A stretch of 64,000 nucleotides of DNA from an archaeon. Its GTDB lineage: Archaea > Nanobdellota > Nanobdellia > Woesearchaeales > GCA-2686295. Made by a program: the position numbers and the translations under genes. The notes below the pieces were generated by a model that saw only the letters and a list, made by a program, of their open reading frames with translations, made no database searches and was not told where the DNA came from. This document shows positions 1 through 9,836 of the stretch, one piece after another. The DNA lies in the NCBI GenBank assembly GCA_043817405.1, contig JBDRGV010000062.1:1267-65266 (forward strand), read 5' to 3'. How positions within the stretch are numbered: position 1 is the stretch's first letter; each line of letters begins with the position of its first letter.

Positions 1-31
1 AGTATTAAATTCTTCTTCGACAAAGGATGAT

Positions 32-760
32 TTGGAAAAAGTTATTTCGACTAATATTTTAAAATGCTTCTCTGATGAAATGAATTATGATGAAATAATG
101 TCTAATTTACGAATGAAATTAAGTGAAAATAATTATGATGTTAAGAAAGTGGTCGATGGAGAGAGTATTATATTGGTCAACATTGGTCTCGATGTAACTT
201 CGAAGGAAAAAGCTAATTTAGTTTTGAAAAGAGCAAATGAAATGCTTTCAGGAGACAGTGTAAAAATAGTTCTTAATCCGGTTGATATGTATGAATTTAA
301 TTTACCTGAAAACTGGAAGACTGGTGTTGCACTAAAGTACATGAAAGCAGGATCAAAACAACCAAGTAAGATTTATGCTTTGTTTACTGATAGAGACTGG
401 ACTGCATTTTCACGTGATGAAAATTCATGGGTGTATACTTTGAGTGATCCTAACAAATTATCTAATTTGATAAAAGCTGAAGAAAAAGGACGTGGACTCC
501 TTGAGAAAACTTATCTTTCAACTGCAGGTTGGTCAAACACTACGGGTTATTTATGGATTGAAACAGTTTATGATATTGATATTTCTGCTGAGATTTTAGT
601 TCATGAGTTGGGTCATTTACTCGGGGCGAATCATGTTTATAAGTTAGGAGCGACAATGCATCCGATTACTTATTCTAATGATTTGAAGTGGACACCTAAG
701 AGTTTGGAAACGATTCAAAAGAACAGATTTAGGTCTTGGATTTGGTCTGAAACAAAATAA
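32..760 (+). CDS. Metzincin-type zinc metalloprotease (possibly 5'-truncated by the window edge)
   Basis: HELGHLLGANH matches the HExxHxxGxxH zinc-binding signature. The listed start is TTG and the frame stays open back to base 2. Confidence 0.6.
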   Translation: MEKVISTNILKCFSDEMNYDEIMSNLRMKLSENNYDVKKVVDGESIILVNIGLDVTSKEKANLVLKRANEMLSGDSVKIVLNPVDMYEFNLPENWKTGVALKYMKAGSKQPSKIYALFTDRDWTAFSRDENSWVYTLSDPNKLSNLIKAEEKGRGLLEKTYLSTAGWSNTTGYLWIETVYDIDISAEILVHELGHLLGANHVYKLGATMHPITYSNDLKWTPKSLETIQKNRFRSWIWSETK

Positions 761-845
761 GTATTATTTAATCACTTATAAGTAGTAAAAAACGAAACAT
801 TTATATATTAAAACTCCTATTTAAATATAAAAAAGGTGAAATACA

Positions 846-1445
846 ATGTCAAAAAACTATCTAAAACTCGCAAATGAAAATATTAACAAAGGAATTGAGA
901 ATATTCAAACTTCTATTGCAGAAGCAGGCATAAGCCAGATATTCTATGTAAATATAGACGGAATATTATATACCAGAAATAAAGACAAATTCAACTCACA
1001 ATGTGTAATTCCATCTGTATTTGATGCTATTCCTAAAGAAAAATTTACAGGAAAAGGAACAGTAGATAATCCTAAATATAATGGGCCTGCGATTGAAGCA
1101 TTAAAACCTGAAGAAGAAAGACAATCTGAAACAATAGAACTAAATCTTTATAATCCATTTCCAGGTGTTTTAATTGCAGATAATGGAAATTTATATGTAT
1201 CTGAATCTTCTGGGTTAAAACTTAAAGGTTCTAGCAATGATCCAACAATAAGAAATAATGCTTCAGTAATGGCCAGAGCACACACTAAAGCAATAGAAAA
1301 ATTTAATCCATCTTATTTTAATCAAGCAAAAAAATATTTAACAAAATCTAAACCAGAAACAGACGAAGATAAACAATTAAAGGAAAAACTCGAAAGCGTA
1401 GTCAAAAACTTGTTTATAAGATTTGGTCCAATAATTAATAAATAA
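846..1445 (+). CDS. Hypothetical protein
   Basis: Clean 199-aa ORF with an AGGTGA Shine-Dalgarno just upstream of the ATG and a TTTATATA box at 800-807. No motif recognised. Confidence 0.5.
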   Translation: MSKNYLKLANENINKGIENIQTSIAEAGISQIFYVNIDGILYTRNKDKFNSQCVIPSVFDAIPKEKFTGKGTVDNPKYNGPAIEALKPEEERQSETIELNLYNPFPGVLIADNGNLYVSESSGLKLKGSSNDPTIRNNASVMARAHTKAIEKFNPSYFNQAKKYLTKSKPETDEDKQLKEKLESVVKNLFIRFGPIINK

Positions 1446-1448
1446 TTT

Positions 1449-1775
1449 TTAATCCACCCATATAGTTGTAGAGTATTTATCTCTAAATACCTCATATATG
1501 ATATTAGTCTTTGCTTCTAAAGAATGCCTTTCTTTTGGTGAGATGATAGCAACTATTGCTTGATTTACAGGTTTGATGTTATAAACCCTATTATTACATA
1601 TCAAATCTGCCTCTCCAGAATCAAAAATCACCCATTCAGTGGCGTTATTCAGATGATAGTGTTCGCCAACAATATATCCTTTAGGAAACTTGTGAATCAC
1701 ATTATCATACTGAACATTATATTTTCTGACAGAATTAATGGCATTGTCCTTATTCTTGAATCTTTTCAGCTTCAT
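1449..1775 (-). CDS. Cupin-fold protein
   Basis: 108 aa. The GEHYHLNNATEWVIFDSGEADL region resembles the cupin G(x)5HxH...E metal motif. Confidence 0.5.
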   Translation of the reverse strand: MKLKRFKNKDNAINSVRKYNVQYDNVIHKFPKGYIVGEHYHLNNATEWVIFDSGEADLICNNRVYNIKPVNQAIVAIISPKERHSLEAKTNIIYEVFRDKYSTTIWVD

Positions 1776-1898
1776 ATACCTGGAAAATCATAGTTATTTA
1801 TATACTTTTGTTATGTGTGTTATTTGCTTAGTTTTTGGATAACACATATATTTTTTGTTATGATAAACCTTAAAAAGACTTCCTCTTTCTTCCTCTGA

Positions 1899-2507
1899 AT
1901 GACTTGGAAGCAAACTCTAAAAAAAACATGGCATTTCATATGGCATGAAGACTCTGTTCTAAGTTGGGTTGTAAACATAATCCTGGCATTCATACTAATA
2001 AAATTTATAATATATCCAGGACTAGGATTAGTGTTTGGAACGCCCTACCCTGTTGTGGCGGTTGTCAGTAGCAGCATGGAACATGATGGAGATTTCTACG
2101 AGTGGTGGAATGTACAAGAAGATTTCTACCTAAAAAACAACATAACAGACATTGATTTCAGATTATACCCTTTTGTTAATGGATTTAACAAAGGAGATAT
2201 AATGGTCTTGTTAGGAACAAAACCTGAAAAAATTGAAATAGGGGATGTAATAGTATATCAAGCAAAAAAACCATACCCGATAATTCACCGAGTAATAAAC
2301 ATAAGAGACACAGGTGGAGAACTATATTTTGAAACCAAAGGCGATAATAATCAATTCCAAATCAGAAGCTTTGACCTAGACGAGAAAAATGTTTCGTCAG
2401 ACCAATACATTGGAAGAGCAGTATTCAAAATACCGTTTTTAGGATATGTAAAAATATGGTTTGTTGAACTAATGGGCAAGTTCGGCTATGGTGGAATAAT
2501 TTCTTAG
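1899..2507 (+). CDS. Signal peptidase I, archaeal/Sec11 type (S26B)
   Basis: N-terminal TM segment, then the catalytic-Ser box VVSSSMEH, GDIMVL, IIHRV (His-type general base) and the KGDNN box. Confidence 0.75.
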   Translation: MTWKQTLKKTWHFIWHEDSVLSWVVNIILAFILIKFIIYPGLGLVFGTPYPVVAVVSSSMEHDGDFYEWWNVQEDFYLKNNITDIDFRLYPFVNGFNKGDIMVLLGTKPEKIEIGDVIVYQAKKPYPIIHRVINIRDTGGELYFETKGDNNQFQIRSFDLDEKNVSSDQYIGRAVFKIPFLGYVKIWFVELMGKFGYGGIIS

Positions 2508-2584
2508 ATACATAGTAGTCTTTCCGAAAATTTTCCGATTTTTTCTTATAAAATCTTATTAAACAGTTCTTTTAATGTATTTTT

Positions 2585-3004
2585 ATGAAGTACTTTATTG
2601 ATACATGTGTTTGGAGAGATTTTTATGAAAACAGAAAAAGTTTTTCAGGAAGAGATTTAGGGAAAGAGGCAGCAATTTTATTTCAAAAAATTATTGCAAA
2701 GAAAGATTTAATATTATTTTCTAAATCTTTAATTGATGAATTGAAGATTAAATACTCTCTTTTTGAGATTGAGCAAATGCTTAAAACTTTTTCTTTATTA
2801 GGTTTATTGAAACAAGTTAAGATAACAAAAGAAGAGTTTCATGAAGCTAAGTTATTATCAAAAAATAAAAATTTGCCTTTAGTGGACTGTTTAAATGCAG
2901 TTCAAGCAAGAAATCATGAAGCAGTGCTTATATCTCAAGATAAACATATTCTTGTAACTTTAAAAGATGTTGTTATTTCAAAAAGACCTTCGAAAATTAT
3001 TTGA
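2585..3004 (+). CDS. vapC: PIN-domain nuclease (VapC-like toxin)
   Basis: MKYFIDTCVW N-terminus with the first PIN acidic residue, size about 140 aa, later acidic positions (SLIDEL, LVDCLN). Confidence 0.6.
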   Translation: MKYFIDTCVWRDFYENRKSFSGRDLGKEAAILFQKIIAKKDLILFSKSLIDELKIKYSLFEIEQMLKTFSLLGLLKQVKITKEEFHEAKLLSKNKNLPLVDCLNAVQARNHEAVLISQDKHILVTLKDVVISKRPSKII

Positions 3005-3263
3005 ATCTTTCTTCAAGTTCTTTTAGTAATTCCTGGCTAACTTGTTTTCTGATTTTTCTATCTTCTTCAAAACTTGTTTTTACCTTTGATTTCCCTCTAA
3101 GACTAAAGAATTTGTTTATAAGTGCTTCTCTATTTAAATCTTCAAGTTTATCCCTGACCGCTTCTCTTATAAGCTCAGTTCTTGAATTGAAATTATTGTT
3201 TTTTATGGCTGAATCTATGTTGTTTAATACACCTTCATTAAACCTTATTGTTAAAACTTCCAT
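2997..3263 (-). CDS. Ribbon-helix-helix (CopG/Arc-like) DNA-binding protein, putative antitoxin
   Basis: 88 aa. The N-terminal beta-strand/helix pattern (LTIRFNEGVLNNIDSAI...RTELIREAVRDKL) is typical of RHH proteins. It converges on and overlaps the PIN gene by 8 bp. Confidence 0.55.
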   Translation of the reverse strand: MEVLTIRFNEGVLNNIDSAIKNNNFNSRTELIREAVRDKLEDLNREALINKFFSLRGKSKVKTSFEEDRKIRKQVSQELLKELEERFK

Positions 3264-3387
3264 TGTATTCTTATGTATTCTTATGTATTTATAAATTTTG
3301 TGGTGTTATTTCTGAAAATATCATGTTATACAAGGTATTATGCATAATTGAAAACAATTAAAAATAGTTCTTAGTTTTGTTTTTCTA

Positions 3388-4044
3388 ATGAAACAAGTTA
3401 ACATAGAAAAAATCTACAAGATTCTAAAACAAGAATTTGACAAGCATCAAATGCCAGTGGTTGATTTAATAGAAGCGACTACTAAAAATCCAATGAATGT
3501 TTTACTTGGAACAATTCTTTCTGCGAGAACAAAAGATGAAGTAACAGCCAAAGCAAGCAAGCAATTATTTTCAAAAGTCAAAAAAATAAATGACTTGAAC
3601 AAATTATCTCAAAAAGAAATCGAGAAACTAATCTATCCGGTTGGATTCTACAAGACAAAAGCTAGACATCTAAAAGAACTGCCTAAAGTTTTAGAAAAAG
3701 AATTCAAAGGAATCATACCGGACACGGTTGAAGAACTAATTAAACTTCCGGGTGTTGGAAGAAAGACAGCAAACCTAGTTGTAGCTGTCGGATTTCACAA
3801 GCCAGGGATGTGTATAGATACACACTGCCATCGTATTCCACAAAGACTTGGTTGGTTTATTTCAAAATCTCCTTTTGAGACTGAAATGATTATGAGAGAG
3901 ATTATACCTATTAAATATTGGGAGAAAATTAATAGTTTATTTGTTTCTTTTGGACAACATATTTGTAGACCTATTTCTCCAAAATGTAGTGTTTGTCCAA
4001 TAAAGCAGTATTGTAAGAGAGTTGGAGTAACTTCTTCAAGATAA
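3388..4044 (+). CDS. nth: Endonuclease III (DNA glycosylase/AP lyase)
   Basis: HhH motif LPGVGRKTANLV, catalytic-Asp region IDTHCHRI, and a C-terminal 4Fe-4S loop CRPISPKCSVCPIKQYC. Confidence 0.85.
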   Translation: MKQVNIEKIYKILKQEFDKHQMPVVDLIEATTKNPMNVLLGTILSARTKDEVTAKASKQLFSKVKKINDLNKLSQKEIEKLIYPVGFYKTKARHLKELPKVLEKEFKGIIPDTVEELIKLPGVGRKTANLVVAVGFHKPGMCIDTHCHRIPQRLGWFISKSPFETEMIMREIIPIKYWEKINSLFVSFGQHICRPISPKCSVCPIKQYCKRVGVTSSR

Positions 4045-4186
4045 TTCACTGGTCACAAGACATTTGTGCGTGACATTTATATGCTCTAAATAACTATTTT
4101 TCATTACTAAAAAACTTCAACAACTAAATTAATATTTCTACTTCATATGAAATATTTTATGTTGTTTCAGAGTTATTAATATCGCG

Positions 4187-5284
4187 ATGAAAAATAATCA
4201 AATTTATTTAGAACATATTGAAAAATATTTGACTAATTGTCTTGTTAAGTTAGATCATAAATTTTTGAAAAATTTGTTTCAGAAAGTTTCTAACTCTGAA
4301 AAACCTTATTTGGACAAAAATTTTGTTAAAGAAATAGGTTTGAAATACAATGGGAATTGTAAAAAATGTGTGAGTCTTTATGCTCTTTTCAGAAAAAATA
4401 GATTTATTGAATTCAGAACACTTCAAAAATTATGCAAATTTTCAAACTATGATTGGTCACATATTGAAAGAAATATTTTATTTATCAGAGCCGGTCGACA
4501 CGGAGGTGAGATAGGAAATATTTTTCCGGTGGAAATTGATTCTTTTCTTGGTGGTATTATAGGTCATATTTTAGGCGATGGTTCTATTACTAAAAAATAC
4601 TTGCAAGTTTTCTTTACAAACAAAGATAAAGATTTAATCTTGGAGTTTTATTATTCAATGAAAAAAGTTTTTCACATTGAACCAAGAATTTGGCTTCAAG
4701 AAAGTGGTAAATTTAAAACAAAATCCAAATGGATAAGAAAAATAAATAGTGCAAAAGAAATTCCTGTTAATTCACAAATAGGATTATTCTATCCTTCAAT
4801 TTGTGGAATAATTCTTAACACAATTTTTGACAATTTTGCAGTTGGAAAAAATAAAAGTATCACTAAACCAATTACAAATGCATCAAGAGAATTCAAAACC
4901 TTTTTTGTTAGGGCTTTTTTTGATGATGAGGGACACATGGACAAAAAAAGAGGTCCAAGATTTCATCAAGATAACAAACAAATATTGGAAAAAATAAAAG
5001 AAATTCTTATTGAATTAGGAATTAATAGTTTTCCCATAAGAAAATATAAACGAAAAGGAAAATTAAGGCATTATTTTAATATAAATCAAAGAACAAATTA
5101 TAAAAACTACTTTGATATTATTGGATGTACTTCAAAGAAAAAATCAGAAACACTTAGAAAATTAATAGGTAATAAAATGGATAAAGAAGAAAAGAAATTA
5201 TTAGAAGAACAAAATGAACTAATAAGAGAACTAATAATTTCTCTCGAGGATGTAAAAGCCGGAAGGATAAAACCTTTTAAATAA
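4187..5284 (+). CDS. Free-standing double-motif LAGLIDADG homing-endonuclease-like protein
   Basis: Two LAGLIDADG-type blocks, FLGGIIGHILGDGSI and FFVRAFFDDEGHM, about 115 aa apart. Not embedded in an intron or intein. Confidence 0.6.
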   Translation: MKNNQIYLEHIEKYLTNCLVKLDHKFLKNLFQKVSNSEKPYLDKNFVKEIGLKYNGNCKKCVSLYALFRKNRFIEFRTLQKLCKFSNYDWSHIERNILFIRAGRHGGEIGNIFPVEIDSFLGGIIGHILGDGSITKKYLQVFFTNKDKDLILEFYYSMKKVFHIEPRIWLQESGKFKTKSKWIRKINSAKEIPVNSQIGLFYPSICGIILNTIFDNFAVGKNKSITKPITNASREFKTFFVRAFFDDEGHMDKKRGPRFHQDNKQILEKIKEILIELGINSFPIRKYKRKGKLRHYFNINQRTNYKNYFDIIGCTSKKKSETLRKLIGNKMDKEEKKLLEEQNELIRELIISLEDVKAGRIKPFK

Positions 5285-5304
5285 TGATTTTTTTCTAACT
5301 TTTT

Positions 5305-5940
5305 ATGAATTCGTTAATAACAGAAGTTTTAGCATTAAAAAAAACAATTGGACTAAAAGTAGATGCAAGACTTAAAGAGTTTAAAGACTTCAAATACAAG
5401 AATACTGAAGAATGGTTTAGCGAACTTTGTTTTTGCATTCTCACTGCTAATTCCAAAGCAAGAACAGCAATTGATATTCAAGAAGGACTTGGTTTTAAAG
5501 GATTCTCTGAAATGCCTGAAAAAAAACTAAGTGAACACATCAAAAAGAAAAAACACCGATTTCACAACAACAAAGCAAAATATATAGTTCTGGTAAGAGA
5601 TTACATTGACATTAAAGGAATAATTCTTGGTTGGATACATGAAGAAGGAGTTCTGGGTGCAAGAGAATGGCTTGCCCACGAAGTCAAAGGCATAGGATAC
5701 AAGGAAGCATCACATTTCATGAGAAACGTAGGTTTTACAGACGTGGCAATCCTTGACAGACACATAATTAACCTGATGATAGAAAACAAAATCATCAAAA
5801 CAAAGCCAAAAAATTTAGGTAAGAAAAATTATCTTTTATTGGAAGCAAAATTCAAAGAATTAGCAGATCAAGCAAATATGAGCATGGCGGAGCTCGACTT
5901 GTACATGTGGAGTATGAAAGGCGGCGACGTCTTAAAATAG
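5305..5940 (+). CDS. ogg: 8-oxoguanine DNA glycosylase/AP lyase, archaeal Ogg2 type
   Basis: HhH-GPD block VKGIGYKEASHFMRNVGFTDVAILDRHI, length about 210 aa as in archaeal Ogg. Confidence 0.7.
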   Translation: MNSLITEVLALKKTIGLKVDARLKEFKDFKYKNTEEWFSELCFCILTANSKARTAIDIQEGLGFKGFSEMPEKKLSEHIKKKKHRFHNNKAKYIVLVRDYIDIKGIILGWIHEEGVLGAREWLAHEVKGIGYKEASHFMRNVGFTDVAILDRHIINLMIENKIIKTKPKNLGKKNYLLLEAKFKELADQANMSMAELDLYMWSMKGGDVLK

Positions 5941-5988
5941 GAATAATAACAACCTTTTTAAACCATCATTAAAAAACATCTCTTGAAG

Positions 5989-6306
5989 ATGTTATTTTGT
6001 CCAAAATGCGGATCATTGCTTAAATCAAAAGCAGAGAAAACCAAGAGAGTGCTATTTTGTTCTTGTGGTTTCACTGACAAAAATCCTAAGAATGTTGAAA
6101 TGAAGGAAATAGTGAGTCAAAAAGATAAAGAAGTAGAAGTTATTTCTGAAGACATAGATCCGAATCCAGTAGTGGAAGCTGATTGTCCAAAATGTCATCA
6201 CACAGAAGCTTCGTATTGGATGCAGCAAATGAGAGGCGGTGACGAACCGGAAACAAAGTTTTTTAAGTGTAAAAAGTGCAAAAATGTTTGGCGTGACCAA
6301 AGCTAA
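5989..6306 (+). CDS. tfs: Transcription factor S (TFS / RpoM-like)
   Basis: N-terminal Zn ribbon FCPKCGSLL...CSCG and a C-terminal TFIIS-type ribbon CPKCHH...QMRGGDEPET.FFKCKKCKNVWR. Start moved to the ATG at 5989 (the track start is TTG). Confidence 0.85.
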   Translation: MLFCPKCGSLLKSKAEKTKRVLFCSCGFTDKNPKNVEMKEIVSQKDKEVEVISEDIDPNPVVEADCPKCHHTEASYWMQQMRGGDEPETKFFKCKKCKNVWRDQS

Positions 6307-6307
6307 A

Positions 6308-6544
6308 ATGATACTTGACGATTATATCGTTGATTCTAAACTCAAAATTAAAGTAAGTCCTAATTCTAAAAAAACAGAGATTAAAGAAGTGAAAGATGGA
6401 GTTGTATTTGTAAACATTGCAGCTCCCGCAGATAAAAACAAAGCAAACGTAGAAGTTGTAAAGTTTTTTTCTAAAATGTTGAAAAAACAAGTCAGGATAA
6501 AGAGTGGGTTGAAGAGTAAAGAAAAAACATTACTTATTTCTTAA
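6308..6544 (+). CDS. DUF167/YggU-family protein
   Basis: [12 protein letters not shown]...[24 protein letters not shown]...[16 protein letters not shown] matches the YggU pattern. Start trimmed to the ATG at 6308, just after the TFS stop. Confidence 0.65.
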   Translation: MILDDYIVDSKLKIKVSPNSKKTEIKEVKDGVVFVNIAAPADKNKANVEVVKFFSKMLKKQVRIKSGLKSKEKTLLIS

Positions 6545-7565
6545 ACCTAACAACAATCTTATCTCTTTCAGGAACATATTGTTTAAATTTTACACCTGCT
6601 AAATTAAACATTCTTCTAGAAGCTTTATGAGAGTCTGTGTCTTTGTATTTATTGGACAGAAATATTACTTCTTTGATGCCACTTTGAATGACCATCTTTG
6701 CACATTCATTGCAGGGAAACAATGTAACGTAAACTTTACAATTGTCCAAGTTAGAAGTCGCATTTAAAATCGCGTTTAATTCTGCGTGCGCAACGTAGGG
6801 ATATTTTGTTTCTAAATAAGGGCCTGTTCTTTTCCATGGAAGCTTATCATCGCCACAACCCGTTGGAAAACCATTGTATCCAATGCTTACGATTTTCTTT
6901 TTATTATTGACAATGCAAGCACCTACTCTCGTGCTTGGATCTTTACTTCTCATTGCAGATAACTCTGCGATGCCCATGAAGTAATCATCCCAAGAAATAT
7001 AACCTTGCCTTTTCATATTAGTTCTTAACTCTATGTCAGAAAACATTTTTTCAATCTTTTTATGAAATTCTTTTTTGTTCTTATCATTATACATTATTAT
7101 ATCTGCTTTTTCTTTGCACTTATCGAATTCGCGATAAGCAGCGCCCGCACCATCACTTTCTAATCCTTCCTTTATTTTGAATTCATCAAATGTTTGAGGA
7201 TCCTGCTCTCTGTTTCTAGACTTCATCCTTTGAAACCTTATTTCTTGGGGTGCATCAACAAAAACAATCATTGCATCACGATCTTTCAAAACTTCAATTT
7301 CACCAACGGTTCCAACAGAAGAAATAATCCAGTCTCCTTCATCAATTTCTTTCAAAGCCATCTCTGCAAGAATTCCAGGACCGTTCTTTTGTCTTAACTC
7401 TCCACCAAGCTTTATCAAAGCATTCCTAGTAACAGGAATTTTCTTTTTTTTTAATTCTTCTCTTAGAATATCTGATAGTGATAAATGTTTGAAACCTTTA
7501 TTTATTAAGTATTCTGCGAAAGTATCCTTACCGGCGCAGAGATAACCCGTTACCCCAATGATCAT
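6534..7565 (-). CDS. Fusion protein: N-terminal P-loop nucleotide-kinase-like domain + C-terminal dCMP deaminase
   Basis: Walker [14 protein letters not shown] at the N-terminus. The C-terminal half carries the zinc motifs HAELNAI and PCNECAKMV of the dCMP/cytidine deaminase family. Confidence 0.8.
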   Translation of the reverse strand: MIIGVTGYLCAGKDTFAEYLINKGFKHLSLSDILREELKKKKIPVTRNALIKLGGELRQKNGPGILAEMALKEIDEGDWIISSVGTVGEIEVLKDRDAMIVFVDAPQEIRFQRMKSRNREQDPQTFDEFKIKEGLESDGAGAAYREFDKCKEKADIIMYNDKNKKEFHKKIEKMFSDIELRTNMKRQGYISWDDYFMGIAELSAMRSKDPSTRVGACIVNNKKKIVSIGYNGFPTGCGDDKLPWKRTGPYLETKYPYVAHAELNAILNATSNLDNCKVYVTLFPCNECAKMVIQSGIKEVIFLSNKYKDTDSHKASRRMFNLAGVKFKQYVPERDKIVVRFKK

Positions 7566-7668
7566 ATTTTAGAGGAATTTAAACAGGTTTAATAAAGTTA
7601 TTATTTTACAATGGTTATAATCTAGCGTAATAATAAATTTAAAGGAAACGATTTATCGTTTTATTGGG

Positions 7669-8535
7669 ATGGATGCATATTTAGATATTCTTAGAAACAT
7701 AAAGGATAAAGGAACTCTGAAAGAAAACAGAACAGGCATAGATACAATTGCCTTGGCTGGTGCAATGTTTGAACATGATATGAAAGAAGGTTTTCCACTT
7801 ATAACAACAAAGAGTGTTCCTCTACGTTTGGTTGCTTCTGAAATAGAATTTTTCATCAAAGGGATGACTGATAAGAAATGGCTTCAAGACAATAATAATC
7901 ATATTTGGGATGGGTGGTGTAATCCAGAAATTGTTCCATACGGTCATGACGAAGAAACAAAAAAGAAAATGGCAAAAGAAAGAGATCTTGGTCCAGTCTA
8001 TGGTTTTCAATGGAGACATTTCGGAGCGAAGTATGAAGGTTATGACAAAGATTATACAGGTATAGGTGTTGATCAATTGGAAAATGTTGTTAATACCTTA
8101 AAAACAAATCCAGATGATAGAAGAATGCTTGTCAACGCATGGAATCCTGTTGATAAAGGAAAAATGGCTTTGCCACCATGTCATTATGGTTTTCAAGTAA
8201 CAGTTATAGACAAAAAATTAAATTTGTTATGGAATCAAAGATCTGTTGATAGTGTTTTAGGATTGCCTTTCAACATTGCAGGCTATGGTTTGATGCTGCA
8301 TTTACTTGCTAAAGAATCAGGCTTTGAAGAAGGCAAACTAATTGGTTTTTTAGGAGATGTTCACATATACGTTAATCATTTGAAAGGTTTAGAAGAACAG
8401 TTGAAAAGAGAACCATATAAATTACCAACTATTGAAACTGAAGATTTTAAATCAATATTTGACTGGGAATACAAGCAAACAACCGTTAAAGATTATAAAC
8501 ATCATCCACACATAAAATTCGAGGTGGCAATATGA
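7669..8535 (+). CDS. thyA: Thymidylate synthase (ThyA type)
   Basis: NRTGIDT, FQWRHFGA, the catalytic Cys context MALPPCHYGFQ, and DVHIYVNH. Confidence 0.9.
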   Translation: MDAYLDILRNIKDKGTLKENRTGIDTIALAGAMFEHDMKEGFPLITTKSVPLRLVASEIEFFIKGMTDKKWLQDNNNHIWDGWCNPEIVPYGHDEETKKKMAKERDLGPVYGFQWRHFGAKYEGYDKDYTGIGVDQLENVVNTLKTNPDDRRMLVNAWNPVDKGKMALPPCHYGFQVTVIDKKLNLLWNQRSVDSVLGLPFNIAGYGLMLHLLAKESGFEEGKLIGFLGDVHIYVNHLKGLEEQLKREPYKLPTIETEDFKSIFDWEYKQTTVKDYKHHPHIKFEVAI

Positions 8536-8583
8536 TGAAAAAACTAATTTTTTCAGCATTCCAAAAACCAGGAGGTTTTTGTT

Positions 8584-9099
8584 ATGACTGATTTAGTAAT
8601 CTTAGCTGCAGTAGCCGAAAACAATGTAATTGGCAAAGATGGAAAAATGCTATGGCATATATCTGAGGATTTGAAGAGATTCAAAAAACTGACAATGAAT
8701 GAAGCAGTTATTATGGGCAGGAACACTTATGATTCTATAATTTCATCTTTAGGAAGACCTCTTGGGAAAAGATTTAACGTTGTGCTTACAAGTAAGCCTA
8801 TCGAAAGATTCGATGTTATTGATTGTAATTCTATAGACAAAGTTTTGGATTACTGTGATGGAAGAGAAAAAGCTTATATCATCGGCGGCGAACAAATTTA
8901 TAACATGTTTATGCCTTGGGCTCAAAGATTGGAAATAACTGAAGTTCACAAAGCATATGATGGGGATGTTTTTTTTCCAAAGATAGATCCTAAATTCTGG
9001 AAAGAAACAAAGAGGGAAGACCACGATGGATTTTCTTTTGTTAGTTATGACAGAAAGATTCAATGGCCAGGAGCAAAATGGGAAGAAAAAGATTTATAG
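8584..9099 (+). CDS. folA: Dihydrofolate reductase
   Basis: ILAAVAENNVIGKDGKMLWHISEDLKRFKKLT, MGRNTYDSI, IIGGEQIY. SD GGAGG upstream. Confidence 0.8.
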   Translation: MTDLVILAAVAENNVIGKDGKMLWHISEDLKRFKKLTMNEAVIMGRNTYDSIISSLGRPLGKRFNVVLTSKPIERFDVIDCNSIDKVLDYCDGREKAYIIGGEQIYNMFMPWAQRLEITEVHKAYDGDVFFPKIDPKFWKETKREDHDGFSFVSYDRKIQWPGAKWEEKDL

Positions 9100-9836
9100 T
9101 TTTTGATGGCCTAGATGGTATTGGAAAAGGCGTGGCCATAAAAGCGTTAATAGATCATCTTAAAGTTCAAGGACTTAGAATTTTTGACCTACATGATTTC
9201 TGGAGTAAACATAATGAGCATCCAGAGTTTGATGATAAAAGTAGCGAGTTATTTGTTTCTCTGGATGACTTTGATGTATTGGTTTCTTCCGAACCAACCT
9301 ATGTGGGTATTGGATTAGTGGTTAGAAATGAGTTGACTGCTAATAATTCTAGACCCTACTATGCCAGAACCATTGCCAATGGTTATTCTAATGACCGACT
9401 GGTTTTGTACAGGAGAGTTGTGCTTCCTGTTTTGAAAGCTGGAAAGATTGTAGTTCAATCAAGAAGTGTTTCAACATCACTTGTTTACCAGCCTTTACAG
9501 AAACTTTTACCTGGAGAAAAACCTCTAAGCAGAAAAGAAGTTATGTCTTTGGAAGGAAACGCTTTTACCTTAAGAAACGCTCCTGACCTATTAATCCTTG
9601 CTACAATAAGCGATGCTTTTGAGGTGATGAAGCGTTTGAAGAACAGAGTTAAAGATGATGATTGCAAATTTGAAAACCTTGACTTTCAAATGAAAATAAA
9701 TCCAATGTTTGAAAGCAAAGAATTAAAAGAAATATTTGAAAGCAGAGGAACCATTGTTAAATATTTGGATGCGAGTATTTCAATAGAATCGACAAAGAAA
9801 CAAGCAGTTGAAATTTATGAAGAATTCATCAGATAA
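9063..9836 (+). CDS. tmk: Thymidylate kinase-like P-loop kinase
   Basis: P-loop FIVFDGLDGIGKG and SRSVSTSLVYQ (compare DRY..S..AYQ in Tmk). Longer than a typical Tmk. An alternative start at 9078 is possible. Confidence 0.6.
   Translation: MARSKMGRKRFIVFDGLDGIGKGVAIKALIDHLKVQGLRIFDLHDFWSKHNEHPEFDDKSSELFVSLDDFDVLVSSEPTYVGIGLVVRNELTANNSRPYYARTIANGYSNDRLVLYRRVVLPVLKAGKIVVQSRSVSTSLVYQPLQKLLPGEKPLSRKEVMSLEGNAFTLRNAPDLLILATISDAFEVMKRLKNRVKDDDCKFENLDFQMKINPMFESKELKEIFESRGTIVKYLDASISIESTKKQAVEIYEEFIR

Noticed and set aside
6239-6307. The track start of ORF 6239..6544 overlaps the last 68 nt of the TFS gene.
   Set aside because: The DUF167-like homology begins only at the ATG at 6308, immediately after the TFS stop. 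The upstream extension is just open frame.
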